Of a stretch of DNA of 64,000 nucleotides, positions 48,222-56,691 are shown piece after piece. The stretch's first letter is position 1. Each line of letters begins with the position of its first letter. Under the pieces are notes generated by a model that searched no databases, had not been told where the DNA came from, and saw nothing but the letters and a program-made list of their open reading frames with translations. The stretch is taken from contig JACQDL010000014.1 of NCBI GenBank assembly GCA_016201065.1, positions 99,547 through 163,546 on the forward strand, written 5' to 3'. The DNA is from Actinomycetota bacterium (lineage in GTDB: Bacteria > Actinomycetota > Actinomycetes > Mycobacteriales > JACQDL01). Both the position numbers and the translations under genes were made by a program.

Positions 48222-49460
48222 ATGGAAACGGGTGCAATCGGCAAGCGGGTGCGGTACTGGCGAGACCGCCGTGGTCTGACCCGTCGACATTTCGCCGACC
48301 TTGTCGGGCGTTCATCCAGCTGGGTCGACAAGATCGAGTCCGGGGAACGCCACCTGGACCGGCTCTCCGTGCTCGACCAGGTCGCGAATGCTCTGAATGT
48401 TCCGTTGCAGGTCTTGCTAGACGACGATGCGTTCCGGTTGCGCGCGCAATGTGTGGACGCCCCCGAAGCCGCCGCGATCCGCATGGCGCTCCAACAGTGG
48501 ACACCGGCGGCCGGTCCCCCGCATCCAGCCACCGACACCGCGGCGACGGCACGCGAGCCGGAGCTGCGTCGGTTGCGGCGCCAGGTCACCTACGCCTGGC
48601 TGGCATTCCAATCCGCGAACTACGCCACGCTCGGGTCGCTCCTGGCCGCACTGGTCACCGACACCCAGCACGCACGAGACACGCTCGTCGGTGACGACGC
48701 CGCGACGGCAACCGCCATGCTCGCGCAGGTGTACCAGATCATCACCTCGACCGTCCGCAAGCTGGGTCACGTCGATCTGGAATGGGTGGCCGCGGACCGA
48801 GCGATGCGGTGTGCTGAGCAGATTGGTGACGTCACACTCTACGGCGGGGCTGCGTTTCGGCTCGTCAACGCCATCCGGGACAACAACGGCGCGCCCGCAG
48901 CCGTCACCGCGACCCGGGCAACCGCCGATCACTTGCGCCATCACGGGAAACCCGCCACCACACCACAGGCCCGGTCCCTGTACGGGCACCTGATGCTGCA
49001 AGGCGCCATGGCGGCCGCAGCCGCCGACGACGCATCAAGCGTCGCGGAACTGCTGCGGGAGGCTGAGCACACCGCGGAGATGCTCGGGACCGACCGCAAC
49101 GACTTCTACACCGCGTTCGGCCCCACCAACGTCACCATCCACGAGGTCGCCGCCCTCGTCGAACTCCGTGAATGGCGCCCCGCGCTCGCCGTCACCGAAC
49201 GGCTGAGCCGGGACCGGCTCGCCGCGTTGCCCAAGGAACGGCGCGCCAACCACCTGCTGGACCTCGCCCGCGCCCACAGCCTCGGCGGACACCGCGACGA
49301 AGCCACCTGGTCGCTGTTGGAGGCCGACGCGCTCGCACCGAACGAGATCCGATGCCGCCCCGTGGCCCGGGACCTGGTCGCCGACCTGGTCAGACGGTCC
49401 CGGACCCGCCCGTCCTTCGACTTGCAGCGACTCGCCGCACGGGTCGGCGTCCCCGCGTGA
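48222..49460 (+). CDS. XRE-family transcriptional regulator with long helical (TPR-like) C-terminal domain
   Basis: IGKRVRYWRDRRGLTRRHFADLVGRSSSWVDKIESGER. GGAGG lies 8 nt before ATG 48222. Confidence 0.8.
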   Translation: METGAIGKRVRYWRDRRGLTRRHFADLVGRSSSWVDKIESGERHLDRLSVLDQVANALNVPLQVLLDDDAFRLRAQCVDAPEAAAIRMALQQWTPAAGPPHPATDTAATAREPELRRLRRQVTYAWLAFQSANYATLGSLLAALVTDTQHARDTLVGDDAATATAMLAQVYQIITSTVRKLGHVDLEWVAADRAMRCAEQIGDVTLYGGAAFRLVNAIRDNNGAPAAVTATRATADHLRHHGKPATTPQARSLYGHLMLQGAMAAAAADDASSVAELLREAEHTAEMLGTDRNDFYTAFGPTNVTIHEVAALVELREWRPALAVTERLSRDRLAALPKERRANHLLDLARAHSLGGHRDEATWSLLEADALAPNEIRCRPVARDLVADLVRRSRTRPSFDLQRLAARVGVPA

Positions 49461-50035
49461 CACCCCCACCGGACCGCACCCGCCCGGTGCTGTACGTGAT
49501 CGCCTGCGCGGCACCACCGACCAGCCGGGTCGGCACCCTGGTCACCCTCGCGTACGACGGCGGCTGGGACGTGTGCGTGATCCTCACCCCGCAGGCGGTG
49601 CGCTTCGCCGACGTCCCGGCGCTGGAGACGTTGACCGGGCACCCGGTGCGCAGCCAGTACAAGGCACCCGGAACAGTCGACGTGCTCCCCCCGGCGGACG
49701 CGATGATCGTCGCCCCCGCCACCTGCAACACGATCAACAAGTGGGCCTGCGGGATCAGCGACACCCTGGCGCTGGGTCTGGTCACCGAGGCGATCGGCAA
49801 GAAACTGCCGCTGGTCGCGCTGCCGTTCACGAACGCCGCTCAGGCCGCCCACCCGGCGTTCGTCCGCCACGTTGGCGAACTGCGCGGCTGGGGTGTACGG
49901 GTGCTGTTCGGCCCCGACGTCTACCCCCTGCACGAACCCGGCACGGGCTCGCGGTACCTGGACATCTTCCCCTGGCACCTCACGCTGCGAGCCCTACCGG
50001 AGCACCCTCCGAGGCCCCCGCGCGCACCCCACTGA
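49457..50035 (+). CDS. HFCD-type flavoprotein (CoaC/EpiD-like fold)
   Basis: VLYVIACAAPP...IVAPATCNTINKWACGISDTLA (PASANT-like motif); GTGA overlap with the XRE gene stop. Confidence 0.8.
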   Translation: MTPPPDRTRPVLYVIACAAPPTSRVGTLVTLAYDGGWDVCVILTPQAVRFADVPALETLTGHPVRSQYKAPGTVDVLPPADAMIVAPATCNTINKWACGISDTLALGLVTEAIGKKLPLVALPFTNAAQAAHPAFVRHVGELRGWGVRVLFGPDVYPLHEPGTGSRYLDIFPWHLTLRALPEHPPRPPRAPH

Positions 50036-50449
50036 TCAAGTACGAACGGCCCGTCCGGTGCGGCTCCGGAGCACCGCCATCGTGTCCAGCTCCACGGGGA
50101 ACACGGCCAGACCCGAGTCCGACCGGCACCCGGACAGTACATCGTCAACCGACTTCGGCCCCGGCATGGGTCAGGCCCCGTTCCCAAAGGTCATGGCGGG
50201 GTGAGTCAGGTTAGACGGGGCGAGTCGTCCAGGTCGAAGCAGTGCTTGTCGATGCCCATCTCGTGGGCGCGAACGACGGGTTCGGTGGGGTGGATTGTCA
50301 TCAGGCGGCCCAGTTCCTTGACGGAGAACGAATGGAAGAAACGCTTGAGGTCGGTCAGCAGCTCGCCGACCACTCAGACCAGCGCGTCAACGTCGTCGTC
50401 GACCGGCCCGGGCCAGGCAGTCGTGCCTGAAGAGCTCGCGGCGTTGATG

Positions 50450-51319
50450 TCACGGTTGGCGGTCCCACACGGTTCCATGCGTGCTTCCCTGCGTCGGCTC
50501 ACCCGGAGGTACGGCGAGGTCGTTGAGCGCCGCGACGACGATATTCCAGGCGATCCGCACGCTGTCGCTGTCCGGCGCATGGCCATCGAGGTGCTGCCGT
50601 CTGGGATGCACGAGGTTGCGGTGCTCGCGCAGGACGTGCGCGTAGTCCACAACGTCCTTTGCGACCCATCCCTCACGTCCGGCAATGTCGATCAGCGACT
50701 GAAGGTGGTCCCGTGGCTGTCGATCCTGGTCCAGCCGAGCGCACGCCACTGTGTAGAGCACGCCTTCCAACAGACTGCCGAGCATGATCACCGCAGCGAG
50801 CGGGGCGCCCTGCTGCCAGCAGGTGCGTGCCTCGATCAACCTGCGGTCGAGCATGGCACCGAACTCCTGATCACTGACGATGGCGGACATGTCAGCCACC
50901 AGCTCGACCGGGGTCTGGCTGTCCAACCGGTGGAAGGTTCGCTCCCGCCGCCGCAAGCGACTCTCACCCCTGACGTCGACAACCTCGTATCCCTCCACCG
51001 CCAGCAGCTTGTTCAGCTCGTCGAAGACGGCGGTGCGGACAGCGGGATCGTCGAGGTACTCCCTCGGATCCACTACCCGCAGCAGGATTGCCGCAAGCGC
51101 CGCCGGGTCGTCCTTCCGCTCGCGCAACTGCTCAATCACCCAGGCCCGGCGACCGCCTTCGACCGGTCCGGTCCAGCTCCACCCGGCTGCCTCGAAGAAT
51201 GCGGCGATCTCATAGCCCGGGCGGTAGTACGGGGTTGTGTCGTCGCCGCAGATCAGATCGGCAACGCGGTCGAGCACCTTCGTGTCCAGCGTGATCTCGA
51301 TCGCCTCAACGCCGCTCAT
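50450..51319 (-). CDS. HEPN-domain protein with AbiJ-like N-terminal domain (candidate abortive-infection effector)
   Basis: 289 aa. The C-terminal helical domain carries LREHRNLVHP (an RNxxxH motif at 50606-50620). The start ATG overlaps the helicase stop (ATGA). Confidence 0.7.
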   Translation of the reverse strand: MSGVEAIEITLDTKVLDRVADLICGDDTTPYYRPGYEIAAFFEAAGWSWTGPVEGGRRAWVIEQLRERKDDPAALAAILLRVVDPREYLDDPAVRTAVFDELNKLLAVEGYEVVDVRGESRLRRRERTFHRLDSQTPVELVADMSAIVSDQEFGAMLDRRLIEARTCWQQGAPLAAVIMLGSLLEGVLYTVACARLDQDRQPRDHLQSLIDIAGREGWVAKDVVDYAHVLREHRNLVHPRRQHLDGHAPDSDSVRIAWNIVVAALNDLAVPPGEPTQGSTHGTVWDRQP

Positions 51320-54300
51320 CGCAGCTCTCCCCGCATCCCGTGACCCTGATCCGCGCTGCCGGTTTCCTTGTCGTCCGTCTCCGACGAGCCCTCCTCCTCG
51401 TCGTCCTCGTGGTCCTCGTCCTCGTCCATCTCGACGAGCTCGACCGGCTCCCAGGGGGTGACGCTGTCCCCGGGGTCCTGGAATGGCTCGATCCCACGGG
51501 CCCGCAGCGCGGTCCACAACGGGGCCAGCGCACGGTCCCGGTCGAACTCGAATTCGCTCTCCCGGATGCGGAGCACCTCCCAGCGCATCCGGTGCAGCTC
51601 GCGGTCCCGCCGCGCATCCGACGCCACCTGCTCGACGCTGGTGTGCCAGCGATGCCCGTCGCACTCCACCGCGAGCCGGCCGCCGTCGCCGACGACAAGG
51701 AGGTCCAGCCGGCGTGAACCAACCGGGTACTGCGGCACGACGTGGTACCCGCGCCCACGGATCTCGCGGAAGACCCGCTGCTCGAACAGCGACTCGAACG
51801 GGGCACACGGTCGCGTGTCGCTGACCTCGTCGAGCTCCAGCGACCGTCCGTACGTCGAGGGCGGGTCTTGCATGTAGTCAAGTAGGGACCACCGCAGATC
51901 GTCGGGTTTGAGTTCGCCGGCCCGCACCGAGGTGAACAGCCACATCTGGTCCTTGGCCCGGCTGGCGGCCACGTTGTAGGACTGTTGGGCCATGATCGCG
52001 CGTTGCGCCCGTGGCGGGTTGGCGACCACCATCGACAGGAAGATCACGTCACGCTCGTCGCCCTGGAAGTCGGCCGGGACACCGACCCGAACCTTGCGTT
52101 CGACACGCTGCTCGGGGGTTAGCCTGGCGTTGAGTTCGTGCTCCAGCAGCCGCACCTGGCCGCGGCCCTGGAGCACGACGACGCCGAAGGTCTTCGCGGT
52201 GTAACGCGGGTCGTTCACGCAGCGGGTCAGCTCGTCGGCGATCATCTCGGCCTCCACCGGATTGCGCAGGGTGGCGTTGCGCCCCTCGGTGAACGCGCCG
52301 GTGACGGTCACGACCTTCAGCGGCTCCAGGTCGGCGGCGGTGCGCTCCCGCAGCGGGATCAGTCCGGGGACCCCACCCGCGCCGTAGAACTGGTTCGACG
52401 ACCAGTTGATGATCTCGGGCACGCAGCGGAAATGCTCACGGAGCCGGATCACGGCGTCCTTGCCGGACCGGGCCGACAGCAGGCCGTAGAGGTTTGACTT
52501 GGGCGTGAAGATCATGCGGATCTCCTCGTCCGCGGCTCCGAGGTAGCGGGGAAGGCTCTCGAAGATCCGGTCCTGCTGGCCCATCCTGGCCTCACCGGGT
52601 GTGCACTGCTTGTCGTCGCCAACCACGATCACCCGGGGCGCCAACCAGAGCAGGAACAAGTGCTCCATCCCGACCTGGCTCGCCTCGTCGACAATGACGA
52701 CGTCGAAGGAGTCACGCTCGACGGCAAGGTTGTCGAGCAGGTTCGGCAGAGGCACCACCCAGGCAGGTACCGCCCCCTTGGCCTTCTCCATCGCCGCCCG
52801 GGCGGCACTCTGGAACGCCCTGACCCGCTTGCCGGTCCCGGCGCCGACCTTTGTCATGTGGTCCCGGTAGGCGCGCAGTGCCCTGGCGTGCGCGTCGGTC
52901 ATCCGGTCCAGGCACGCCAGGAGCGCCTCAGTGCCGGCCAGTCGCTGTGTCACCAGCTTGAGTTCGTCCTCGACCCGGGTGAACTCATCGAGCAGCTCCC
53001 GCTCGCGGGTGGCGGTCCGCGAGCGCATGACGAAATCCCGTGCCTTGGACCAGGCCCACGCGGCGGCGAGCTCCGGCAGCCGTTGGTCCCAGACAGGCTC
53101 GGCAGCGGTCCGCTGGAGCAGCTCCAGCAGCGCCGGATGCACCGTCCGCAGTTGCTCGGTCAGGTGCGCCAGCCGCATCGCGTCATGCCGCTCCGCCTCA
53201 GCGCGGGCCAGCTCCTCCAGACCGGTGCGGTAGCCATCGGTGTCGCGCGGCGGTATCGCCCGCAGCAGGGTGGCCAGTTCGGGACAGCCCTTCGGGCTGC
53301 CCGCAGCCGCCTGGACCCACCGGTGTAGCTCCTCGGTCTCGCCCCAGGCACGCTCATGCCGCAGCCTGCGGCGGGCTGCCGGCACCGCATCGAGCACCTC
53401 GATCAACCCGGTAGGGTCGGGGAACTCCGTGGACAGACCGGTTGGCGCCAGCATGGTGGACACGCGGGCGCGGAGGTCGGCGAGCTGCTTGATCTTGTCC
53501 AGCAGCTGGGCCTTGTCGGCGAGATCGGACAGCGTCACCGGCAGCCTGCCGATCGGGACCTCGACGCTGCGGTCAGCCCACGCCGCAGCCAGCTGCACCA
53601 CGGCGACCTCCGCCTCCAAGCGCTCGACCGCCGCGACGACGTGCGCAAGAACGTCGGGCGACCGGCCGTTGACCTGCACCAGCGCCAGAAAGCCCTGGGC
53701 GTCACGCTGCACCGGGCTGGGAAACCGCCGCTTCAACCGGCCGCCGCCGCACAGGTAGTCAGCGAGCGCGCGGCCCGCATCGACGGCACCGCGGGCCGCG
53801 CCGAGCGATTCCCGGGCGATCGGCTCGACCTCGACGACGTAGCTGACCCCTTGGGCGTCGAGCTGTCGCTGCAACCGCTCAGGTTCGTCCTTGAGCGCGC
53901 TGAGGGCGTCCCACAGTTGGCGGCCCCTGCCGGCGAGGTGGTCACCGACGGCCCGGACCACCCAGTCGGGTGCCGAGATGGTGTTCCCGGTCCCAGCGAA
54001 CCCGATCTCGCCCACCAGCCGGACCACGTCCACCCGCAGTTGCTCCAACCCGGCAAGGTGCGCATCGCCCAGCAACGCCAAGCGCTGCGGCAGCGGGCCG
54101 TCGGCGGCGGCGGCGCGGCTCGCCTCCTCCTCGGCGGTGACCAGGTTGGCGAACGCCGCAGCGGTGGGGATTTCCTCGGCGGTCGGGATCCACTGGGTCG
54201 TCCGGGCCCGCCGCGCCGGAGAATCGTGCAGGAGCAGATCCCGTAGTTCGACGACGTGCTGCACTAGAAACGGTGGCTGGTCCGGCGACTCGCCGCTGAG

Positions 54301-54360
54301 GGACGGAAACCACCCGTGCTGAGGTTCCCCCAACTTCACCTGGCGCACGAGGTCGCCCAT
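51316..54360 (-). CDS. SF1 (Upf1/DNA2-like) helicase-family protein with C-terminal DUF559/Vsr-like endonuclease domain
   Basis: Motifs FDVVIVDEASQ (DEASQ at 52675-52689), VIVVGDDKQ, HFRCVPEIINWSSNQFY, DFQGDERDVIFLSMV and YNVAASRAKDQMWLF, then RRLDLLVVGDGGRLAVECDGHRWH. I found no canonical Walker A. ATG 54360 chosen. Confidence 0.8.
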   Translation of the reverse strand: MGDLVRQVKLGEPQHGWFPSLSGESPDQPPFLVQHVVELRDLLLHDSPARRARTTQWIPTAEEIPTAAAFANLVTAEEEASRAAAADGPLPQRLALLGDAHLAGLEQLRVDVVRLVGEIGFAGTGNTISAPDWVVRAVGDHLAGRGRQLWDALSALKDEPERLQRQLDAQGVSYVVEVEPIARESLGAARGAVDAGRALADYLCGGGRLKRRFPSPVQRDAQGFLALVQVNGRSPDVLAHVVAAVERLEAEVAVVQLAAAWADRSVEVPIGRLPVTLSDLADKAQLLDKIKQLADLRARVSTMLAPTGLSTEFPDPTGLIEVLDAVPAARRRLRHERAWGETEELHRWVQAAAGSPKGCPELATLLRAIPPRDTDGYRTGLEELARAEAERHDAMRLAHLTEQLRTVHPALLELLQRTAAEPVWDQRLPELAAAWAWSKARDFVMRSRTATRERELLDEFTRVEDELKLVTQRLAGTEALLACLDRMTDAHARALRAYRDHMTKVGAGTGKRVRAFQSAARAAMEKAKGAVPAWVVPLPNLLDNLAVERDSFDVVIVDEASQVGMEHLFLLWLAPRVIVVGDDKQCTPGEARMGQQDRIFESLPRYLGAADEEIRMIFTPKSNLYGLLSARSGKDAVIRLREHFRCVPEIINWSSNQFYGAGGVPGLIPLRERTAADLEPLKVVTVTGAFTEGRNATLRNPVEAEMIADELTRCVNDPRYTAKTFGVVVLQGRGQVRLLEHELNARLTPEQRVERKVRVGVPADFQGDERDVIFLSMVVANPPRAQRAIMAQQSYNVAASRAKDQMWLFTSVRAGELKPDDLRWSLLDYMQDPPSTYGRSLELDEVSDTRPCAPFESLFEQRVFREIRGRGYHVVPQYPVGSRRLDLLVVGDGGRLAVECDGHRWHTSVEQVASDARRDRELHRMRWEVLRIRESEFEFDRDRALAPLWTALRARGIEPFQDPGDSVTPWEPVELVEMDEDEDHEDDEEEGSSETDDKETGSADQGHGMRGELR

Positions 54361-54509
54361 CGTGCCTCGGACTACGGCCTCTGCGCGGTCGGCGGCAGCG
54401 CCGGGCAGGCCACCCGGATCGCCGCAGCCACCGGTGGCTCGCACACCACCGGGGTGGACGCCACCGAGATCGTCACCACCCTCGCCGAGCTGATCGCCGC
54501 GGCGGTCCT

Positions 54510-55055
54510 CGTACGCCAAGCACTACACGAAACTCGCCCACTACCTGGACGAATTGGACGCCGCCGCTCCGCCGGTGCCGGTCGCCGAGCGGCTGCCCGC
54601 AGCGCTGGGACCGCGGATGCTCACGCTGGCCGGGACGCGCACCAGGGGCGCGCACCCATACCTGACCACACCCGAGCACACCCACACCGCCCGGAAACTG
54701 CTGGGACCCGGGCCGCTGCTCGCCCCCGAGCAGAAAGTCGTCTGGGGCGACCGACCCGGCCCGGGCCAGATCCGTCACCCGGCAGGCGCTCGCGCTCTAC
54801 CTCAGCCTGCCGAACTACCTGCACAGCCTCACCCGGCTCGGCTTCAGCGACGACGACATGGCCGGCGGCGGCAGCGACCGGCTGGTCGACAGCCTCGTTG
54901 CCTGGGGCGACCTCGACACCATCGCCGCCCGGGTGGCCGAGTACCGGCAGGCCGGCGCGGACCATGTCGCCGTGCAGATCCTCCAGGTCGATGGCGGCAC
55001 CGGCCTACCCCGCGCGGAGTGGCGGGAACTCGCCCCGGCGCTCGTCGGTCGATAG
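54510..55055 (+). pseudogene. LLM-class F420-dependent oxidoreductase, 5'-truncated and frameshifted
   Basis: Only the C-terminal half is present (YAKHYTKLAHYLDELDAA...GAHPYLTTPEHT...APEQKVV). After a frame change near 54749 it continues as TDPARARSVTRQALALYLSLPNY...GGSDRLVDSLVAWGD...GADHVAVQ. Confidence 0.8.
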
Positions 55056-55145
55056 CGCTCGTCCACGGACCGGTGGGTGGGGCACGGCCTTGGCCGCACC
55101 CCACCCACACTCGGCACCCACCCTGGACCCGACCGGTAGGTCCGG

Positions 55146-55853
55146 TCATTCGCGGCGGGGCTTCACCGGCCGGGTGTGGATCGCGGTGCCGGTGACCCGC
55201 TGCGCGCCGTGCTCGGACTCAGACTCGCCGCGCCCGGAGCCGGAGCCGGAGCCGCGCGACGGACCGGTCGAGGTGTGGATCGCGGTGACCTCCAACGGCT
55301 GGTCGGCGATGATGTCCAGCACCCCGAGTAGCAGCGTGCCACCAGTCGGCAGGTCGGCGTCGCGCAGGCTGCAGCAGTCGTCCATGGTCGCCTCGCCGGG
55401 GGCGAGGTCGACCGCGGGCAGCTTTCGGGGCTTGCCGACCTTGGGTTCCCGGACCACCCGGTCACCGACGACCAACGGGACGAACCGCTTCTCGATCCGC
55501 ACCGTGCAGTTCGTCGGGTTGTAGATGGTCACCGCCGTCGCGTACCGGCCGTCCACCACGGTCTGGCACTTCTCCCGCTCCGGCCCCGACGGCTCCAGGC
55601 CACAGACCATCTCCACGGCGTGATGCCACCGGCACGCCGGCACCCGGATGCGGACCCGCTTGTGGGCCACCACGACCCCATCCGCGACCACGTCCAGGCT
55701 GCCGGTGAAGACCTGGTCCTTCTCGGCGCACGTCATCGAGCCGGTCCAGGTCACGGTGAACGGCAGCACGTGCTCCACGTCACCAGGGAGCGGACCGTAG
55801 CCGGCAGGGGCGATCGACTCCACGAACGGCGCGATCGAGGCGCTCGGCACCAT
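55146..55853 (-). CDS. hypothetical Cys-containing protein, or the C-terminal part of the frameshifted VWA gene
   Basis: ORF 55146..55916 overlaps the VWA ORF by 137 nt in another frame. It contains ...YATAVTIYNPTNCTVRIEKRF... and a GSGSGSG tail. The start is uncertain. Confidence 0.4.
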   Translation of the reverse strand: MVPSASIAPFVESIAPAGYGPLPGDVEHVLPFTVTWTGSMTCAEKDQVFTGSLDVVADGVVVAHKRVRIRVPACRWHHAVEMVCGLEPSGPEREKCQTVVDGRYATAVTIYNPTNCTVRIEKRFVPLVVGDRVVREPKVGKPRKLPAVDLAPGEATMDDCCSLRDADLPTGGTLLLGVLDIIADQPLEVTAIHTSTGPSRGSGSGSGRGESESEHGAQRVTGTAIHTRPVKPRRE

Positions 55854-56691
55854 CGGTGACGTCGCCCGCCGCGCCGGAGATGGCCGCGCACACCGGGTCG
55901 TGGCCGGGCGCGTCACCGAACCACACCAGGATCCGCCTGCTGTCCGGCCGCCAGCCGATCGCCGGATCGGTGGCGATCGTGTGCAGGGCGTAGAGCTGCC
56001 CTTCTGGTGTATCCAGGCCGCCGAACGCGGCCCAGGTCGACACCGCGGCGGTGACCGCCGCCGCGCCTGGCGTCGGGGCGAGCTGGTGCCCGAACGGGTA
56101 CGGGTTGAACTCCCCGCCGGGGAAGTCCTTGTAGTTGCCGGCCCCCCACGCCACGTCGTAGAAGGCCAGCGATGGGTCGCTGACGATCGCGGTGATGCCG
56201 AGCTTCACCGCGTCGATCACGGGCCCCATGCTGCCTGTGGTGTCGGCGAGCAGGTAGACGTCGGCCTTCGGTGCCGCACCGGACTTCGGCACGGTCACGG
56301 TGACCGTCTCCCGCTCGGTGGCACACTCCGGCAAGGTCAGGTTGTTGACCGTCGGGTCGATGCCCACCGGCTCCCGGGGCACCAGGATCGGCCCGGTCGG
56401 CAGGTGCAGGTCACCGACGAACAGCGGACGGCCGGCCCGCGACTCCAGCTCGCGCCGGTCCCGGATCACTCCCGCCGCGTCGACGGCGACGGATGCGGCC
56501 CGGTTGGGCTCGCCCCGGACGGCCACCGAGACCAGCCTGAGCTGCTCACCCGATGGCAGCAGATCGGTCGCCTCGGCGACCAGCTCAAGCTCGGCGCTGC
56601 CGAGCAGGTCGGTGGCCGCACCGAGCACCGACTCTGGTACCACCCGACGGACCGGCCCGTCGCTGCCCTGCCCACGTGCTGACTTGCTCAT
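55780..56691 (-). CDS. von Willebrand factor type A (VWA) domain protein
   Basis: MIDAS-like DVYLLADTTGSMGPVID and ILVWFGDAPGHDP. ATG 56691 follows GGGGAGGG. Confidence 0.75.
   Translation of the reverse strand: MSKSARGQGSDGPVRRVVPESVLGAATDLLGSAELELVAEATDLLPSGEQLRLVSVAVRGEPNRAASVAVDAAGVIRDRRELESRAGRPLFVGDLHLPTGPILVPREPVGIDPTVNNLTLPECATERETVTVTVPKSGAAPKADVYLLADTTGSMGPVIDAVKLGITAIVSDPSLAFYDVAWGAGNYKDFPGGEFNPYPFGHQLAPTPGAAAVTAAVSTWAAFGGLDTPEGQLYALHTIATDPAIGWRPDSRRILVWFGDAPGHDPVCAAISGAAGDVTDGAERLDRAVRGVDRPCRLRSAPW

Noticed and set aside
50374-50376. In-frame TGA as a selenocysteine codon
   Set aside because: I saw no SECIS-like hairpin immediately downstream and no selenoprotein family context. 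A pseudogene, or a separate small ORF starting at the adjacent GTG, is simpler.
50201-51343. 380-aa plus-strand ORF
   Set aside because: It is antisense to the HEPN gene. The minus-strand frame has translational coupling to the helicase and a recognisable catalytic motif, whereas the plus frame has none.
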